Translations under genes and position numbers: made by a program
From: a virus
Direction: 5' to 3' (one strand)
Length of the DNA: 64,000 bases
Virus record (IMG/VR): IMGVR_UViG_3300043313_001099
Coordinates: 1 to 64,000 of that record
Notes under the pieces: model-generated
What the model was told of the DNA's origin: nothing
Seen by the model: only the letters and a program-made list of their open reading frames with translations
Database searches by the model: none
Shown: in pieces, positions 62,771-64,000 of the stretch
Numbering within the stretch: the first letter of the stretch is position 1
How the letters are laid out: the number at the start of each line of letters is the position of its first letter

Positions 62771-63049
62771 ATGGCAAAATTCCGGCGCGGCACCCCCTCT
62801 GACCTGGGATGGAATGGCAATTTGCTATCGGGTTGATGGCAACGCTATGGCAGGCATTATGGCAAACGTGTTTTGCCATTCGGTTAAATACAGGTTCGCG
62901 CCCTACCGATCGACACATGCCTAGACAGGTATAAGTGATTGCCGTCACAGGTGTCATGGTTTCCGCAGGTCAGAGGGCCTATCAGGGCATGGCAATTTGC
63001 CATCGTCTTGCCATCCGGTTGATAGCAAAGCGATGGCAAGTCATAGCGA
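62771..63049. repeat. Heptad arrays A4 (62814-62879) and A5 (62989-63049) with a 12-bp inverted repeat
   Basis: About 12 ATGGCAA/TTGCCAT-type heptads in both orientations; CCCTCTGACCTG 62795 / CAGGTCAGAGGG 62966. Confidence 0.85.
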
Positions 63050-63117
63050 TTACCCATACCTATTAAGTACAAAGTCAAAGGCATTATTCGTCCGGCCTGT
63101 CGGCCAGACACTCCCCT

Positions 63118-63158
63118 TTGACACTGGCGAACCTCTCCGGTAACGTCGTATGCGTAAG
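63118..63158 (+). promoter_or_regulatory. Repeat promoter P11 (variant spacer)
   Basis: TTGACA ctggcgaacctctccgg TAACGT cgtatgc GTAAG. Confidence 0.8.
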
Positions 63159-63188
63159 CCATACGACTGACTGAGGAGAGTGCCTCGT

Positions 63189-64000
63189 ATGACCCTTCAC
63201 GACGCCGGTAGCGCCCCGACCGCGCCGGCCGCCCCCGCCCCCCGGGGAAGCCTGACCATCCGTCACAACCACGCTGAGGGCACGCTGCTGGAGGGCTCCT
63301 CCCGGGGAGACGGCGTACTGGAGCTGACCCGGCAGCACGGCTTCCGCTGGTTCCGCAGCCTCGGGCTGCTCGGAATCCCGTTCAGCCGGGACCACGCCGC
63401 CCGCCGCCGGAACATCGAGGCCGCCGCCGCCGCCCTCCGCAGCGCCGGATTCGAGGTCGCCGTCGAGATCGATGACCGGCCGCGCCCCCGCGCCGAGGCC
63501 CTGGCCGACCAGTCCGGCCGGTTGGACGACCGACACGAGCGGCTGACGACGGCCGCCGCCAGGCACTCCGCCGCCTCGGACGCTCACCGCAACCGGGCCG
63601 ACCAGGCGGGCGAGCGGTTCTACATGGGCCAGCCCATCCTGGAGGGCCACCACTCGGAGCGGAGCGCCCTCGCCGCCCGGGCAAGGATGCACGCCGCCGA
63701 CCGCCTGGCCCGCGTCGAGGCCGACGCTGCCGCGTACCGGGCTGAGCAGGCCGGGGTGGTCGGGCGGAGGGCTGCGCGGGCAGCCACCCCGGAGGCAACC
63801 GCCCGCCGGATCCTGGCGACGGAGACCGAGCTCCGCGATTTGAACCGGCGTCTGGCGGCCCTCAGTGCCCCGCAGGGCGTTGAACTCGCCCCGGCGGGGA
63901 GCCTGTACCGGGAGGAGCTTCTGGCGCGCCGTGCGGTGGCCGAGGAGCGCCTCGCCCACGACCGGGCAGAGCTGGACCGGGCCGAGGCCGCCGGCCGGTA
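63189..64000 (+). CDS. DUF3560 domain protein, truncated by the window edge (absent from the ORF track)
   Basis: Own translation: LTIRHNHAEGTLLEGSSRGDG...FRW...MGQPILEGHHSE; GAGGAG RBS. Confidence 0.85.
   Translation, partial: MTLHDAGSAPTAPAAPAPRGSLTIRHNHAEGTLLEGSSRGDGVLELTRQHGFRWFRSLGLLGIPFSRDHAARRRNIEAAAAALRSAGFEVAVEIDDRPRPRAEALADQSGRLDDRHERLTTAAARHSAASDAHRNRADQAGERFYMGQPILEGHHSERSALAARARMHAADRLARVEADAAAYRAEQAGVVGRRAARAATPEATARRILATETELRDLNRRLAALSAPQGVELAPAGSLYREELLARRAVAEERLAHDRAELDRAEAAGR

Larger units (their letters stand above)
1..64000. mobile_element. Actinobacterial siphovirus-like prophage / phage-plasmid carrying a TraB-type conjugation module (extends beyond both window edges)
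   Basis: Complete virion and lysis operon, TraB operon, resolvase, TA pair and dense small ORFs; shared repeat motifs occur in all three parts; no host genes seen. Confidence 0.85.

Noticed and set aside
44702-63049. Heptad arrays or promoter repeats as a CRISPR array
   Set aside because: Units are 7 bp with 4-nt spacers, or are dispersed over kilobases; no repeat-spacer periodicity and no cas genes

Overview
The whole 64-kb window is one very GC-rich actinobacterial mobile element. No host housekeeping genes, rRNA, tRNA, CRISPR array, integrase or replication initiator were recognised. It joins three parts. (1) 0-10.7 kb, mostly + strand: an ECF (BldN-like) sigma factor, HTH regulators and a Streptomyces-plasmid/AICE-type conjugation operon (DUF2637/Spd-like membrane proteins plus an FtsK/SpoIIIE TraB translocase), followed by small genes. 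(2) 10.8-40.1 kb, - strand: an apparently complete siphovirus late operon with two ParB-like genes (one fused to a methyltransferase), terminases, portal, head, neck, tail with a -1 frameshifting chaperone, tape measure, a glycoside-hydrolase tail fibre and an unusually enzyme-rich lysis cassette. (3) 40.1-64 kb: about 45 small accessory genes plus plasmid-type stability functions (resolvase with res-like site, MazEF-type toxin-antitoxin pair) and genes typical of plasmid leading regions (DUF3560, DUF6573, DUF2786). The best reading (inference) is a conjugative phage-plasmid that could spread both as virions and by TraB-mediated dsDNA transfer. Four non-coding repeat systems were read directly from the DNA: 11 copies of a quasi-palindromic TTGACA-N17/18-TAAC(C/G/T)T-type promoter, most followed 7 nt later by GTAAG; five arrays built on an ATGGCAA-T-TTGCCAT palindrome with further heptads, phased at 11 bp in three arrays (centromere/iteron-like); a start-associated CCCCGACAGGAG motif; and CCCTCCGG octamers inside the first transfer gene (candidate clt). 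All protein family calls are from motif recognition by eye, not from database searches.
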